64,000 nt of DNA from Amphiscolops sp. MND2022. Lineage: Eukaryota. Of the stretch, positions 25,194 to 38,412 are shown piece by piece. Position numbers and translations under genes: made by a program. The notes under the pieces were generated by a model, which saw nothing but the letters and a program-made list of their open reading frames with translations, was not told where the DNA came from and made no database searches. The stretch covers positions 62,374,001 through 62,438,000 of the forward strand of contig OZ076409.1 of NCBI GenBank assembly GCA_964187785.1, given 5' to 3'. Numbering within the stretch: the stretch's first letter is position 1; each line of letters begins with the position of its first letter.

Positions 25194-26626
25194 GAGGTGC
25201 CCCGAGGCATGAAGTCGAGAGAAGGCTGCAAGCGACACACAAATCGCAACGGCCGTTCTTCTGGAGCACGGGGAAAGGGTGGATCTGGGATTGGCATATC
25301 CAGAGGGTTGCATATCCGAACCAAATGTAACTAATCACCAACCATCAGGCGGATAATGGAAAAGAATATCATACCTCTGCGAAAACAGGCGTGGCACCCG
25401 ATAGGTGCACAGGGGTTTACCCCAGTAATCGAAAACGGTGTCCCGGGAGAAACTTGGGGACAGAACCTAGTTTATATATAAGGCCGGAGCTAGAACTCAA
25501 GGACAAAACAGGAAGTATCTTTGGACAAATAACTACTAGAACTGGACAGCCGAACATGAGGGGAGCCACAAGAAGAGGAAGGCAGCCACAGATGCTGAAT
25601 ATCTTCTTAGTTTCTTTCTAGACGAGCTTTGCTAATCCACTCACAGCTAGCTCATCGCCAACAAATTTCGGAAGCAGGGAAACTAGTGTCGAAAAGGATT
25701 CGTAGAGAATTTAGGCACCTAAGGCTCGGTGTTCCATGGGAAAACCTGCTTGAGTTTTCATGAAGCGTTCAAATTAGCCTATCAATCAAGGAGCACTGAG
25801 ATCAATGAATGTAAAGACCGCTCCGTGTGTCAATAATCCTTCACAACAAAACAGGCCTAAGAGTCACATCAGAAGGCACGAAAGAGTGTGGCCATTTCTT
25901 CAAGCAGAAGCTGATCCTGAACACGTAATGAGGACAATACTAGCGGAGGTGCAACCATCTGAGGAAAGAACGTGGAAAGACCGAGAATAACCATAGAAAT
26001 GGACGAAAAATTCCTGGATGAAAGGTACCGTCGATCGCAAGGAATAGAATGTGTGAAAATTTGAAGGCGTCCTTGTGACAGCCTCTCCTTGATAAGAGAC
26101 GAGGCAGAAAAGAACAAAGTTTTCGACTCGCACAATGGCCAGTTTTCTGTCAGACTGCGGACCTCACCTTGAATGATTCATTTTTGAAAGATTTTCGTGG
26201 CAAAGTTCCTCCACTTGGCCTTGTAGTTACGATGCGTGCTTTGCAAGTAGGAGATCATTTGTTGGAATTCCGCGCGGGACTAAGTTTTTTTGTTTGCAAA
26301 TCTAGACCGAACTAGAGGACCCCTTTAGGTTTTTTGGAGCCCTGCTACTTTCGAAAAGTTCCCCCATTTTGCCTGTTTGGTGTGTTCGATAGGTTGTTTC
26401 AACTGATGCTCTTCTTCATTGTGAGATTAATATGAGAATTTCTAAACATATTTAAAATACTTTGCGCTTTTTGAGCCCCAAGTGGAGCGCCGACTTCATG
26501 CTCAATCGAACCTCAAAGGGAGCTCGTATTCGCGAGTTAATATGAATGAATACGATATAGAAAGCAGTTATAGTAGAATGGACAAAGTACTGATTAACTA
26601 GTCACTTAAAAAATAAATTTCTGTAG

Positions 26627-26904
26627 GTTATCAAAGATATGGTCTCTTTGGGAGAAAAAACCAGCTGGAGTCCTAAGCCTGCCGTGAGATCAATGTACGA
26701 GGCTCTAAATTCTCTAATAGTGCCAGTGGATGTCGGAAGCGTTGATCTAGGGGTTCTGGACGCGAAAGGACTAGACGGTGAAATAACTGGCGTGTTTCAA
26801 GTTGCTAGACCCAGTGAATTGTCGGAGTTCAGAGCACACATCGGACATGTTGAAAGGCTACTGCATGGAACTAATACTTCTAGTGTCATTGGAATTTTGT
26901 CAAG
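26627..26904 (+). CDS. PARP4: PARP4 exon 8, ART domain N-part with catalytic His (LLHGT..GILSR)
   Basis: ctgtag acceptor, VIKDMV start, HG motif, donor gtgaga phase 2. Confidence 0.93.
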
Positions 26905-27039
26905 GTGAGACTTTGTATAATGTTATTCTAAATTCAATTGAGAAAACAAAATGCCTTAACCTTCGACTTTTCGATGATACTCACATAAAATGATCATTCA
27001 TATAATTTCATTAGCAATTGCTACTTTGTTGTGTTTCAG

Positions 27040-27491
27040 GGGTCTACTGTTACCGGACGTTGTGACCAATGAGTTCGGAATAAAGCTCACTGACTATGGC
27101 AAGTTAGGCGCTGGTATTTATTTCGGCACCAAAACCCAAACTAGCTTGAAGTACACCTCCAGCTCAAACTGCGGTTTTCGATACCTGCTCGTCTGTGACG
27201 TAGCGTGTGGACGAAAGTTGACTGTCACTGAAGAAAAACCGGACTTGATTAAAGCTCCCGATGGTTATGATAGTGTTCTGTTTACTGGAGGGAACAAAGA
27301 TGGTTCTAACACTCATGACGAGGAAATGGTTGTCTATGACCCGAGTCAAGTCAGCATCAAGTATCTAGTCGAATTGAAACTTAAAGCTGATTCTGTTAAA
27401 CCTTCAACTACGAAAATGCAAAACTTTCTGACTGAGGATAACGATGGAACAGAAAATGAAGACAAATGCGAATCTCAAGCCGAGGATTTAA
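27040..27491 (+). CDS. PARP4: PARP4 exon 9, ART catalytic core (GLLLP..GAGIYF..SLKY..CDVACG..GYDSV..DEEMVVY)
   Basis: PARP catalytic motifs with Tyr and Glu of the H-Y-E triad; donor gtaagt. Confidence 0.96.
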
Positions 27492-27743
27492 GTAAGTTTT
27501 AGTTTTCCAAAATCATAATTGTTTTGATATTGCTCAACTGTTGATATGCGTTCGCGAAAACTTTTCACATCTCGGATTCATAGTTCTGAGTGTTAAGAGA
27601 GGTTTCCGTCATTTTCTGAGACATCACTTTGTCAATATTTTGATTTAGGTGAATTATTTTTCGTTATTGAAATTTTGTTAAGGTTAGTAACAACATGCAT
27701 GGGTTCTTTTTAAAGTTACTATGAATATCAATGTTCATTCTAG

Positions 27744-27917
27744 AATTGGACCAGCTGTCGTCTCTGACGCCGCCCGTAAGCGAAGCAGGTCTTGTGCCTC
27801 AGAGCGGATCCCGGGACTCTATCCCACTACAGGCAGTTCATGTCCGCGCAAAGATGGTTGACCTGGCAGCAAATGTGGTAGTGATGCAGATATACAAGAA
27901 TAACAATTCATCAACAG
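27744..27917 (+). CDS. PARP4: PARP4 exon 10, VIT N-part (IPLQAVHVRAKMVDLAANVVVMQIYKN)
   Basis: VIT domain start; phases 1/1 fit both neighbours. Confidence 0.92.
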
Positions 27918-28203
27918 GTTGCTGATAAAATGGAAACTTTATCTCTGGAAATTTGGCCTGAAAAAACGTAGCTCGTTCCACGTGATACATTTCTGATAAG
28001 AACAGTAGCTTCCCACTAGTGAAAACTTCATTTGTGCTCTGAAATAACTTTTCAACTTGAGTTGTCATTATTCAATTATCAAAGCTCCTAATCGGTTTGA
28101 TTATTATTTGCAGGAAATCTCATCAGTGAACTGTATTGGTCAGAAATAAAAAGTTATGTATAAAATGCTTGCTCATTCGAAATCTATCTTACTTTTTGAA
28201 CAG

Positions 28204-28499
28204 GACGTCAAGGCGGAAACATCGAGGCGAAATACGTTTTCCCATTGGACGAGTTTTGCACAGTTGTCGGATTCGAAGCCTACATAAACGGCAAGCACAT
28301 TGTTGGAACAGTAAAGGAAAAAATGGCTGCTCGAAAGGAGTACAAGAAGGCAATCGAAGAAGGGCACGGTGCCTATCTGATGGAAGAGGAAAAGGAAACA
28401 CCCAATGTGTTCTCAGTAGCGGTTGGCAATCTACCTCCTCAAGCGATTGTGTTGGTGAAAATAACCTACGTAACCGAACTTCAGGTACAGGGTTCGAAG
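28204..28499 (+). CDS. PARP4: PARP4 exon 11, VIT (IEAKYVFPLD..GFEAYINGKHIVG..VGNLPP)
   Basis: Strong VIT signature; donor gtcagt chosen by alignment to PARP4. Confidence 0.95.
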
Positions 28500-28920
28500 G
28501 TCAGTTGAAGGGTGGATTGCGAAATTGTTTCCAGTTTTAAAAATGCCGTTTCCTATGTCTTTGCAAATTTAATGATTCTCAATTTTTGTTTTATGGGTTC
28601 CAGCTTTGTTACCAGCGAGTCCATATAAAGTGAAAATAGTTCCATGTTTTGTGGGCTACCATTTGCCTTCCTGTATACAGACTTGTAGGGAGCCGTAAAT
28701 CATGAGTGGCTATCATGGCTATTGCCATCCCTTTTGGCATATTTGATATTTTAGCCTTTTGTTCTGGGTATTTTGTATAGTTTTAATTACAATTACCAAT
28801 TGGGTTGAGATTAAAATGTATTTTTGATTTTCTCTATACAAGACAATGGAAGAATCGACTTAATAATATTCTGCTTTAGTCATACTTGGAAAAATTGAAT
28901 CAATTGGACTTTTTGCTTAG

Positions 28921-29133
28921 GTCAAGTTTTCGTTACCTTCTGCTGTTGCACCTTGGAATGCGAAGTCTTTTGAAGACACGAAGTTGCAAACAGAGTTGGA
29001 AACCATTCTTGTGAACCCTGGGGGAACAGATGGTGAATTGGGGAAAGAAAAGTTCACGTTCGAGCTTACAGCAGACATGGGATCAGCTATTAAGCAACTC
29101 AGCTCACGAACTCATCCTCAACTAAAAATTAAG
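28921..29133 (+). CDS. PARP4: PARP4 exon 12 (VKFSLPSAVAPW..SSRTHPQLKIK)
   Basis: cttag acceptor, VAPW motif, donor gtttgt. Confidence 0.9.
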
Positions 29134-29357
29134 GTTTGTCATTGTTTCATTTTATTTTTACTGGGAGTTATTTCGGAACATGTTATGGTGTTTTTTGTTG
29201 GGTATAGTAGCTTGAATTAGAAATCAAACCAAAGAGCTAGTTCAAGATTTTAAAAGGAAAATAGAAATTTTTTTGCGCTTCTCGTCTAATGCAAAATTTT
29301 GTTTTTTCTATTTCTGCGTGGCGATTAGAGCTTTTAGTCATATTTTTTTTTCTTCAG

Positions 29358-30269
29358 CGCACAGAAACGCAAGCAGTATGTGCGCTCCCTAATGGAGCCT
29401 CAGAAAACGATCAAGGTCTTGGGAATGACGGCTTCGAACTGCTCATTGAGTTAGAAGAAGCGAACAAGCCTAGAATGTGGGTTGAACGCTTGCCTGATAA
29501 CCCGGACGACGAAGCTGTTATGCTCTCTTTCTATCCTCAATTTGAAATGAGCCAATCAGAATCCTCTGTTCACGTAACCAGTCAGATCATACTTCTCATC
29601 GACCTCTCAAACTCTATGAAACACGACAAAGGCTTTTTTACAGCAATTCAATTAGCATGTCTTACAATTATGAATTTGGAGGAACACCAACTTTTCAATG
29701 TGATACTCTTTGGCACTAATTATCGCGAAATTTTTGATGCTTCTATCAAAGCCAACGAAAATTCGAGGAAAAAAGCGATCGATTTAATGACTAAAGTTGC
29801 CACACACTTTGAAGCTCTAGGTGGAACCGAATTGGGAAAGCCCATTGCAATGTTAGCAACATTGTTTCAAACAAAAGACGATCTGAACCCGATGTTGCGA
29901 TCGAAAAGCGGAAGTAGCATGAAAACTACTTTGATGTTGTTCAGTGACGGACATTTACCACAAAGCGTTCAAAGCTCCATACTGAAAGTTCTCAGCAAAT
30001 CAGAAGACAATAATCAGTTCCGACTGTTCACAAACGGAGTTTCAAGCTCCTGTGACAAGCACACTATGAGGCTAATTGCTAACAGAGGTTGTGGTTTCTT
30101 TGAGTTTTTCGACCCATCCCACAAATCTTCGTGGGCGGAAAAAGTCAAGCGCCAGCTCAAAAAGTGCTTCCAACTTGCGTTGAGCAAAGTTGCAGTTCAG
30201 TGGGTGCGGCATGATGAAGATGATGACCGCCCAACTTTCGATGTCCTTGATGGATCTGGAATGATTCAG
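29358..30269 (+). CDS. PARP4: PARP4 exon 13, vWA domain
   Basis: PRMWVE, MIDAS DLSNS, FNVILFG, GGTEL, FSDG, RLFT motifs. Confidence 0.95.
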
Positions 30270-30547
30270 GTCTGTAATTGGGAATTGAGTTTTATGGAAA
30301 CTCCCAAATTTGGTCTCACGAAATTTTAATAGCATTCACACTCAACGTTTTGTTAGGCATTACAGTTACAAAGTACGACAAATTTTGTAGATGAACGGCG
30401 TTGTTTCGGGTGCATTGGAAAAATAGGCACTAAACTTGATACTGTAGTCTACAGTCTGTAGATATTTGTGTACGATCATTCAGCTAGCGAATATTATGCA
30501 TGCGAAATTATGAACTTTTGTTGGATGAATTTGTCTGTTCATTTTAG

Positions 30548-30698
30548 GCACCTGCAAACTTGTCAGTGTTGTTTGATGGCGAACGAGTTGTTGTGTACGG
30601 GCTGGTGAGACATTGCAGACAAGCCATTCTCAAGGCACAGTTGAATGGCCAAGAAGTTTCAACTGTAGTCTCCTGTCCCGATCTTCAAGTGACTGATG
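30548..30698 (+). CDS. PARP4: PARP4 exon 14 (APANLSVLFDGERVVVYG..)
   Basis: Q|AP junction typical of VIT-vWA proteins; donor gtaaga phase 1. Confidence 0.92.
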
Positions 30699-30884
30699 GT
30701 AAGATTTATGATTTTGTTTGGGAAGCACTAAGTTTCATCAGTTTTTAGTGGGCCAAGTGTTACCCCGCTCAAACCACTTGTGAAATGTTCAACGTAGCTG
30801 TCTTTAATTTGTAAGGCAAGAGATTTCTCGCTGTTATTCAAGTTTCGGCCCTCACGATGCTAAGGTGTAAACCATTTCCAGATC

Positions 30885-32660
30885 AATTTCATTATTATGA
30901 AAAAAACATTTTCATATAAATGCAAATCGAAACATTTTCATATGAGTGCATTCCAATTTCATTGTTGCGCGAAACATTTTCATTTGGACGAAATTCATTT
31001 TCAGTGTTCTGAATTCGTTTTCATTTGCTAAGTAGTATAAAACATTCAGCGCAGATAATTTGTATTATATCATGGAAAGAAAAGAATGAACATGTATACA
31101 TTAAAAGTTACAATTATAACTTCAAACCATTAATCTATTCTGTGCGGTTTTCTCACAAGATTCCAGGATAATATCGTTCAACATGCGCAGCATATGATGC
31201 AAAATGAAACGGCAGACTTTGTTGAATAGATTCTTTCGCAACTGTTTCTATTTTTGCATACGATATTCACCGATTGTCATTATGGCGTTGGTAAGATTGA
31301 ATTGAAATATGCTGGACATCTGATCACGTAATATCATTTCCACTGAAGCCTTGAATCTACTCCAAAAGAGCTCGATGAGAGTAATGAGATACAAGTAAGG
31401 TGCGAGGCGTGTGGTTTAGACCAAGAATGGTTTCTACATTCGAGTGAGCTGGGGCATTATCATTGATGATTGTTGGCTCCTCGATTCCCTCGTCTGTGCA
31501 TGTTTATCAACTCCCTTATCCATGCTCCCTCATTCATGCAACTTTCAGAATCGAACGAACCTTTTTAGCAATGCAAATTGTGTCCTTTCGAAGCAGTTTG
31601 TATCACGGTCGCTCTACATCCGATCTTCGATCTGCCTTCCTTTCGACAGTATAAGTTGAAGTTTGTTTCATTTACCGACACCAGTTTCCTTTCAATTGCC
31701 CGATCTCTCAGTATTTTCTTGTATCGCACTGCTTATTGTTGTTTCCATTCATTGTTCCTGGATGGGGTCGCACATTCTAGACAGAAATAAGTTTTCTCGC
31801 CAATTTCTGACATTATTTACATAGATATTCAGGAAATATACTTGCATGATTCTCTCGCAATTGCTTTAGTGTCAGTTGTTGGTCGTTTTTGAGCCATTCA
31901 ACCAAATCCAGAACAATTCGTTCTTTTTTTGACAACAATTGCACCACAATCAAGTGGTTCCCCCATTTCTTATCCAAGTGATAGCATTGCCTCTTTAATT
32001 CTTCTACGCTTTTGCAGTCATTTTTGTCGTTAAAAGCCTTGATGGTGGCGTCTTTATTGGCCTGAGATTACTGGGGATATTTGTCTCGTTTAATTGATGC
32101 CCTCTCGTAAATTCCTCTTAGCATTTTAAAAGATAGAAAATACTAGACACAATGAAATTGAACGAATAATGGTAGCAATTGTTCCGATTTTGCCAGAACT
32201 GCTATTTTCTAATTTCAAAATTGCAATTGTTGACAGTTTTTTAAAGTTTCATAATTGAACATTTTGGTAATTTTAATCAATTTCATTTTTTGTAAGCTTC
32301 AGTGAGATTATTTGGAATTTTGAATGTTCAAGTTTGCAATTTGAAGTAATTTTACAATTTTATTTTTGTGTCAATTTATCGACAATTTCTGATTCACTGG
32401 GTGAGAATTGTATGCTGAATGTGTAATTTGAAACTGTAGTTGAAAATGTAATTCGGTTGAACAAAAACGTTTTGCATGGAAATGAAATTGTTCATTCAGA
32501 TGAAACGGATGTTCATCGATATGAATATCTTTTTCATGAGTTCGATAAAAATTCTTACATGAATGATATTGGATTTCAACCATATGAAATTATTTTCAAA
32601 TAAAATGAAAATGATTGCTCGATTTAATGAAATAGAATTAGGAATTGAATAGAAAGATGT
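30885..32660 (-). mobile_element. Decayed Tc1/IS630-like DNA transposon with long imperfect TIRs
   Basis: Minus-strand fragments NETNFNLYCRKEGRSKIG, SKGHNLHC, DNAPAHS, LAPY at ~31150-32130; inverted catttt/aaaatg-rich ends. Bounds approximate. Confidence 0.75.
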
Positions 32661-33043
32661 TTATAGACACAAAAAACTTAGATATTCTGAACGTCTCAGT
32701 CAATATGGACTGTCTCTTAGCCTTTTTTCCTATATGGTTACAAAAAGTAGCCCTCATTGAATTAAAAAGACTCGCTAATCGGTATTTTTAAGGTGGAGGG
32801 ACTGAAGAGCCGAGTAGGCTCATCCCCTGTCAAAATTAAAGTTTATATTGAAACAAATGCCATTTTCTTGTTTTTACAACATTCATTTAAATAAACGTTG
32901 CTTTCCTGGTCAATGAATAGCCAGGGTTTTCTCAGTGGATCAACAAGGCTGTTTTTCTGAAGTAAACGTTGAAACCGCCGTTGTATGATTTGGTTATAAT
33001 TAATGCCTGATCGAAAAGTCTTGATGAATGCTTGTTTTGTTAG

Positions 33044-33234
33044 GCAAAATGGTGCACCAACTAGCTGCGAGGGCTATCATCCGGGACTGGGAGACAAATG
33101 CAATCCTGCACACTGACAAGTCCACTAACGAAGTCGTCAAAAAGCAGCTCAAACATACCATCATCCAACTCAGCAAACGTCATCAAGTGATCACGCCTTT
33201 TACCAGTTTTTTGGCTGTTGAAAAGCGAGAAAAG
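33044..33234 (+). CDS. PARP4: PARP4 exon 15, ITIH-like (MVHQLAARAIIRDWE..VITPFTSFLAVEKREK)
   Basis: Conserved PARP4/VWA5 motif; phases 1/0. Confidence 0.94.
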
Positions 33235-33475
33235 GTTGGTAGAAAAAGTCTCCTAGGGCCATCATATAGGAAAATTAATTGTGTAATTGCAGGAACTGCC
33301 AATAGTATTAGGAAGTTACCGAAAGTAATGACATAATAGTTTCTCACGGTTACTTTAATTTCGGGATTTATCGGTAGATTGGCATCATCATTCAATTAGG
33401 TGTAAAATATGCTGTTATAGAACAACGCCGTTTTTATTCATTATATTTCCTCCTCTTTCACTGATGAACCTTTAG

Positions 33476-33580
33476 AATGAAAAAACCAGCATGGATATGA
33501 AGTTCATTCAAGAAGTGGTTGCTAAAGAGGGAGTGGATTCTTTGGAGTATATTGGCTGGGAGAATGAAGTGATAATCAAG
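33476..33580 (+). CDS. PARP4: PARP4 exon 16 (..EVVAKEGVDSLEYIGWE..)
   Basis: Resembles PARP4 ELIAKEDVDFLPYMSW; tttag acceptor, gttagc donor, phase 0. Confidence 0.88.
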
Positions 33581-34709
33581 GTTAGCAGCTCTTATTGTAT
33601 GTACTGCATTACTTGGTTGATCAATTTGTGCAGCTTTTATCAAGTTTGCCGCTACTCAAAAATCTCAAAGGTTGATCTGAACCAGTCGGTAACGGTAGCA
33701 GTCCGCTCAAAGATTAGGATCAGTTCAAAAATAAACGTCGTTAAAGTAAAGAAACTATAGAACTACCAAAGAATATGCATCTCTTTAAGATAATAATAAG
33801 GTCCTGACGTCTTGTGCTTTTTTCATATTTCTTATACATAGAAGACATGAAATGTTAACATTTAGAGTTGCGTTCTTGGCATTAGGTAAGAATGACCCTG
33901 CAAATCTAAACAAGCACTGCTGATGATGCTTTACATGGTTGCTACCTATTTGAAGATAAGGATCATCATAATGTTTATCAGAAATACACCATAAAACAGT
34001 TCAAGTTCATAATAGTCTTAAAAATCGGTGTTGTTTTTTCGAAACCTCGACCTACCAACCTCGTACTCTGACCACAACGCCAAAATTTCTACCTTAGCCA
34101 GAATCCAGGACCTTCTGTTTATAAGTCTCGTCCTCTAACCACTAGATGAACTGGCATCTGAATTAGATCTGTAAAACTTTGTCGGATTCTTGTGAATTCT
34201 ATAAATTGCTAATATAACGGTGCCAAAAATGAAGGATCTTTTTGTGTCATGAAACTTTGTTATCCAAATATACCAAACGTAGAAAAATCATAGGTGAACC
34301 ATTTGTACTCCTTCGGCCGTTTTTAAATCTTGGTTAAAGGTGTATTATAGATCTTTTTTTGTTTTTTTTAGTCAATTCGTGCGGATTAAAAACAAAACGA
34401 AAAGCAACTTCTAGAGTTGGCTTTCATATATCATGGTACTTCAAATTCGCCAACGACTTGTTTTTGCGAAAAGTCCGAGAAATCTCAACCGAACATTTTC
34501 TAAAGACGTGGTGACCCTTTGGTCTCGTGCAGTTTCGTAGTTGACCCAGATATGTGAAATATTGAAAGCAGGCCTTTCAGATACTCTTTAGACCTCAGTC
34601 TAAAAGTCTGAAAAAGTGCACTATTCAGGGTGATGTGTCGTCTGACTAACAATCGGTTTTTTTCACAAATTTTGAAGTTCAATTGTAACCTTTTTCATGA
34701 TACTCTAAT

Positions 34710-35186
34710 AAGAAGCCGCGAACGGCATAAGTCGGCGCTATATCTAAGGCTCAAAAATAGCAATAGAACTTAGTCAAAAGGACTTAGTGTCAAGTATCAA
34801 ACTCACAAAAAAGTATCAAATTCACGAAAAACCCAAACGGCCGGCACGTTAATGGGGGGAAAACCCTTTCGCATTATTTACCATCCATTGTTTCAAAACA
34901 TCAAAAAATTCAAGGCGGGACCCTTCAGTGAATTTTTTTGCGAAAAGTCTCACAATACCGAAAAATCTTGGAAGGGGGACCCTTTCAGTCTCTCCCGGTA
35001 TTGTATGTTACGCGGAAAAAGAGGAAAAACCTTTTTGTTTCACTTCGCGAGGCCAACTGATTCAATTTGGGACCATAAAATTTCGTAGAACTTCTAAGAA
35101 CTATTTGATCGTCAGGTCGCGTGGATTGAAAAAAAAAGAATCACTATAATAGTCGCGTTTCACTTCATGAAGCGCCGACTAAAAAA
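34710..35186 (-). mobile_element. HINE-like family A copy
   Basis: gccgcgaacggc hairpin, agtcggcgc ... gcgccgactaaaaaa. Confidence 0.75.
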
Positions 35187-36957
35187 GTCGAATGAAGGAT
35201 ACAAGTGGCTCTATTTTTTTTCTGAAATTGTAATGAATGTTCCTTCTGGGGAAAGTGTTGACGGTGAGTCTGTGCCGCAGTATGTTGAGGCTGGAATTGA
35301 CGTCGAGGGTATTTTCTGTGAGCCAAAGGTAAATGGAGGCAGAAATGGGAAAACTCGGGGAAAACTTCCTGTTTTGGTGCTTTTCAATGCTCTGAATTGG
35401 GTTCGTGGTTTTCCAAATGTTCCAACTCATTCGTGGACCTCTTGCTGACACGTTGTGCGACTTGAGTCCTCAAGTAAAAGCTTTCTGAAATTGTGACCAT
35501 GTTTTGTTTCATTCATTCAAAAACAAGTTCTATACAATTATCTAATCCATAAGTTCAGGTTTGAATAGCAAAGGTTTCGAAGGTAGTCGAACAATCACGT
35601 TCGAACTCAGTGATGACTGTATTCGAGTCGATGTGTCTTCATACATTTCAGTTGACTCCGAGCCTCTTCTAGCAACAAGGGGTCCTTGGTTCAGCTGTGG
35701 CCTTATAGAAAGTACTGAGGCTGAAAGCATTGCCAAGCTGGAGAATCTTCATGGAATTCAATCATGATGTTTGATGTTTTGATGAAGCGGGCAATATTTG
35801 GCGTCAATGAAAAGCTCTGTCGTGGTCTTTTATCTGGCTAAATCTTGTGACGTTCTGATTCAACCTCCTTGTTTTGCACATTGTGTTCTGACTGGTCGCA
35901 TATCGGCTCCCGACGGTAGCACTTGTTGGTCTCTTGTGAACAGCTGGAAGGGGTTGAACTTGTCTAACAAACTTCGTGATAGTCTTAAATTTGATCGATT
36001 TTGCAGCGGCGTCAAACGGGGCTTCATTCTGCAGTGGCTCGAGGCGATGCTCTTGGGTCATTTGATCAGACTTCTCAGAATAAAGTACTCGAGAAAGGCG
36101 TTGTCTGAATGGAAGAAAGGTTGCCAGAATAATTCTTCCGAAGCTTCTGCAGTCTCTTCACAATAAAAGACTGTCAGGTCATTCCCGGATAGTAAGATGA
36201 TTGAGAGCACTGAAGCTTTCCATCGATACAAGTATAACTTGAAAGTTCGATGTATATCAAACCGAGTGTAGAAGGCCTTGAAGAATCGCCGATTGGCCCA
36301 TTTAGGTGGATTGGTAATGAGGGCAAACATCAAGATTGTCCAAAGTTGACTGATCTTGATTCTAATGACGAGGAACTTCCTATTGCTGCTCGGGTAAAAT
36401 ATTGTAACGCTTGCAGCGACTTGCCGAATGATGATTTCAACATTTCCATATTCAAATAATGACAAACTAACATCCAAAAGCAAATTGATTTTTTCGTTAT
36501 GATTAACGTTATAGTGTTTTAAAGACCACGGATATCACAGCTTGTCAGCTCACGTGAACAACTGCAATGACTGAATAACTTGTAGTAACAGTTCGAACAT
36601 GAATATTATCTCGATGATATCGTACTTTTCCGACGCATGAACTACTTGATTCACTTGGGCCAGTGTGTCGAGAATTATCAATAGAAGGGATAAACAGACT
36701 CGAAAACCACTTTTTCCCCAACTGAGAACAACAAAAACCTGTTTTTTGAACAAGTTCCAAATTTTTCCTTCGGAAAAGTCTCAGTGCCGAAAAACTCAAA
36801 GAGATCCATTAACTTCACAAAATGCTATTTCAAAGTCGAATATTTTAAAAGTGAAGGGGGTACCTTTTTACCAAGAACTGACTTCGGATATAACGTCAAA
36901 AGTTCGGATCTAGCTTGATGGGCCAAATGGGAGCGCTTCTTTGTACTTCCTCCCGAC

Positions 36958-36999
36958 CTCCTCCTTCTTCTTCTTCTTCTTCTTCTTCTTCTCCTCCTC
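36958..36999. repeat. (CTT)n/(CCT)n microsatellite
   Basis: Directly visible. Confidence 0.9.
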
Positions 37000-37999
37000 A
37001 GTAAAATGCAATTTACCTCTGATATAATATCAAAAATTCGGATATGAGGTGCTGGGCCCAATGGGAGCGCTATTTTTCGAATCTCCGCCTTCTTTGATGA
37101 AACGGAACTTACTTCGGAAATAACGCCAAAAGTTCGGATATTGCTCAATAATTTTGAACCTCCGCCTTCTCCCAAGTAAAACGCAATTTACTTCGTATAT
37201 AACGTCAAATATTCGGATATAGCGAGTTAGACAGAATATAGGACAGTATAGAAAGAGAATATAGGAGAGTATAGAAAGAGAATATTGGAGAGTGTTGAAA
37301 GATAATATAGGAGAGCATAGAAACTTATAGAGTGCCTATAAAATCTGTCTGTTCGCCGGTCTTGAAAAAAAGCCACTGCCACTATCTATTTTTTAAAGCA
37401 TGTGCCTGGAATCGAATACCGAATCTTCTGTATTGAAATCTAACGCTCTAGCCTCTGCGCCAACAAAATGTGGAACTGCACCAGAGGAGTATCAAGAAAA
37501 AATATTGAACGTGAACAGTGATTTTGAAATTGAATCACTTCATGCCTGAACCAAATGAAATGGCTAAACCTTCGAGTACTTGAAAGCCTTCGAGGCCTTT
37601 TAGTTAAGTCCTTTGTCTTGAAAGTTTTCTGTTTTCACACAGTCGCATAGCAATCTTTGTGCAGACATCCCCTAATTTCGTTCAAACAAACTAGAATGGT
37701 GGAGAACTTGGAAACTTGACCAAATTACAACGAGCATGGTCTTGTAGTAATGAGATCAGCAGATGCAGTTCAGCAAATGACCGGCAAACGTTTTTCTGTA
37801 CAGACTAAAGAGAAACATTTCCGTAAATCTTAAATTGCGAACACTATTAGTAAGTTTGCAGTAAAAGATATTGGGATTTGAAAGTTGTTGCTGACATTGC
37901 ATGTTGATTCAGTGTATAACATATTTATAATGATAATAATGAAAAAATAATTGAATTTATCCATTCAAAGATGAAATTACGGGAACGAGACAGAACCCA

Positions 38000-38412
38000 A
38001 TTTAAACGGGACAAAACAGCCGATTTTCAAAATGGGACAAAACAGCCGATTTTAAAACAGTACAAAATCGCCGATTGGTAAAAATAAAATTTTGTCAATG
38101 CTTCAGATTAGCAATCATTAAAATTATTATTATAACGTAGTCAGCTATGTTCACATACCCCTAGTGCCCTGAATGCAGGAGCGAAGCGAAGCGGAGCGAC
38201 GTGCCATATGCCCATGCCTCAATGTTGCTACTTGGCGAAGGGAGCGAAGCGACCGTGCCATACAACAAATATGAATCTCTTCAAATAAATCAAGTTCCAT
38301 GGATATTGGCTGTAACCACTCATTTTATTCCGTTTTGAAAATCGGCTGTTTTGTCTCGTTTTGAAAATCTGCTGTTTTGTCTCGTTTTTAAAATCAGCTG
38401 TTTTGTCCCACA
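38000..38412. mobile_element. MITE-like element with tandem sub-repeats in inverted arms
   Basis: gggacaaaacagccgatttt units versus aaaatcggctgttttgtc units. Confidence 0.65.

Noticed and set aside
25196..26280. Short ORFs in the intron after exon 7
   Set aside because: No homology recognised and exons 7 and 8 already join as in PARP4; likely TE debris.
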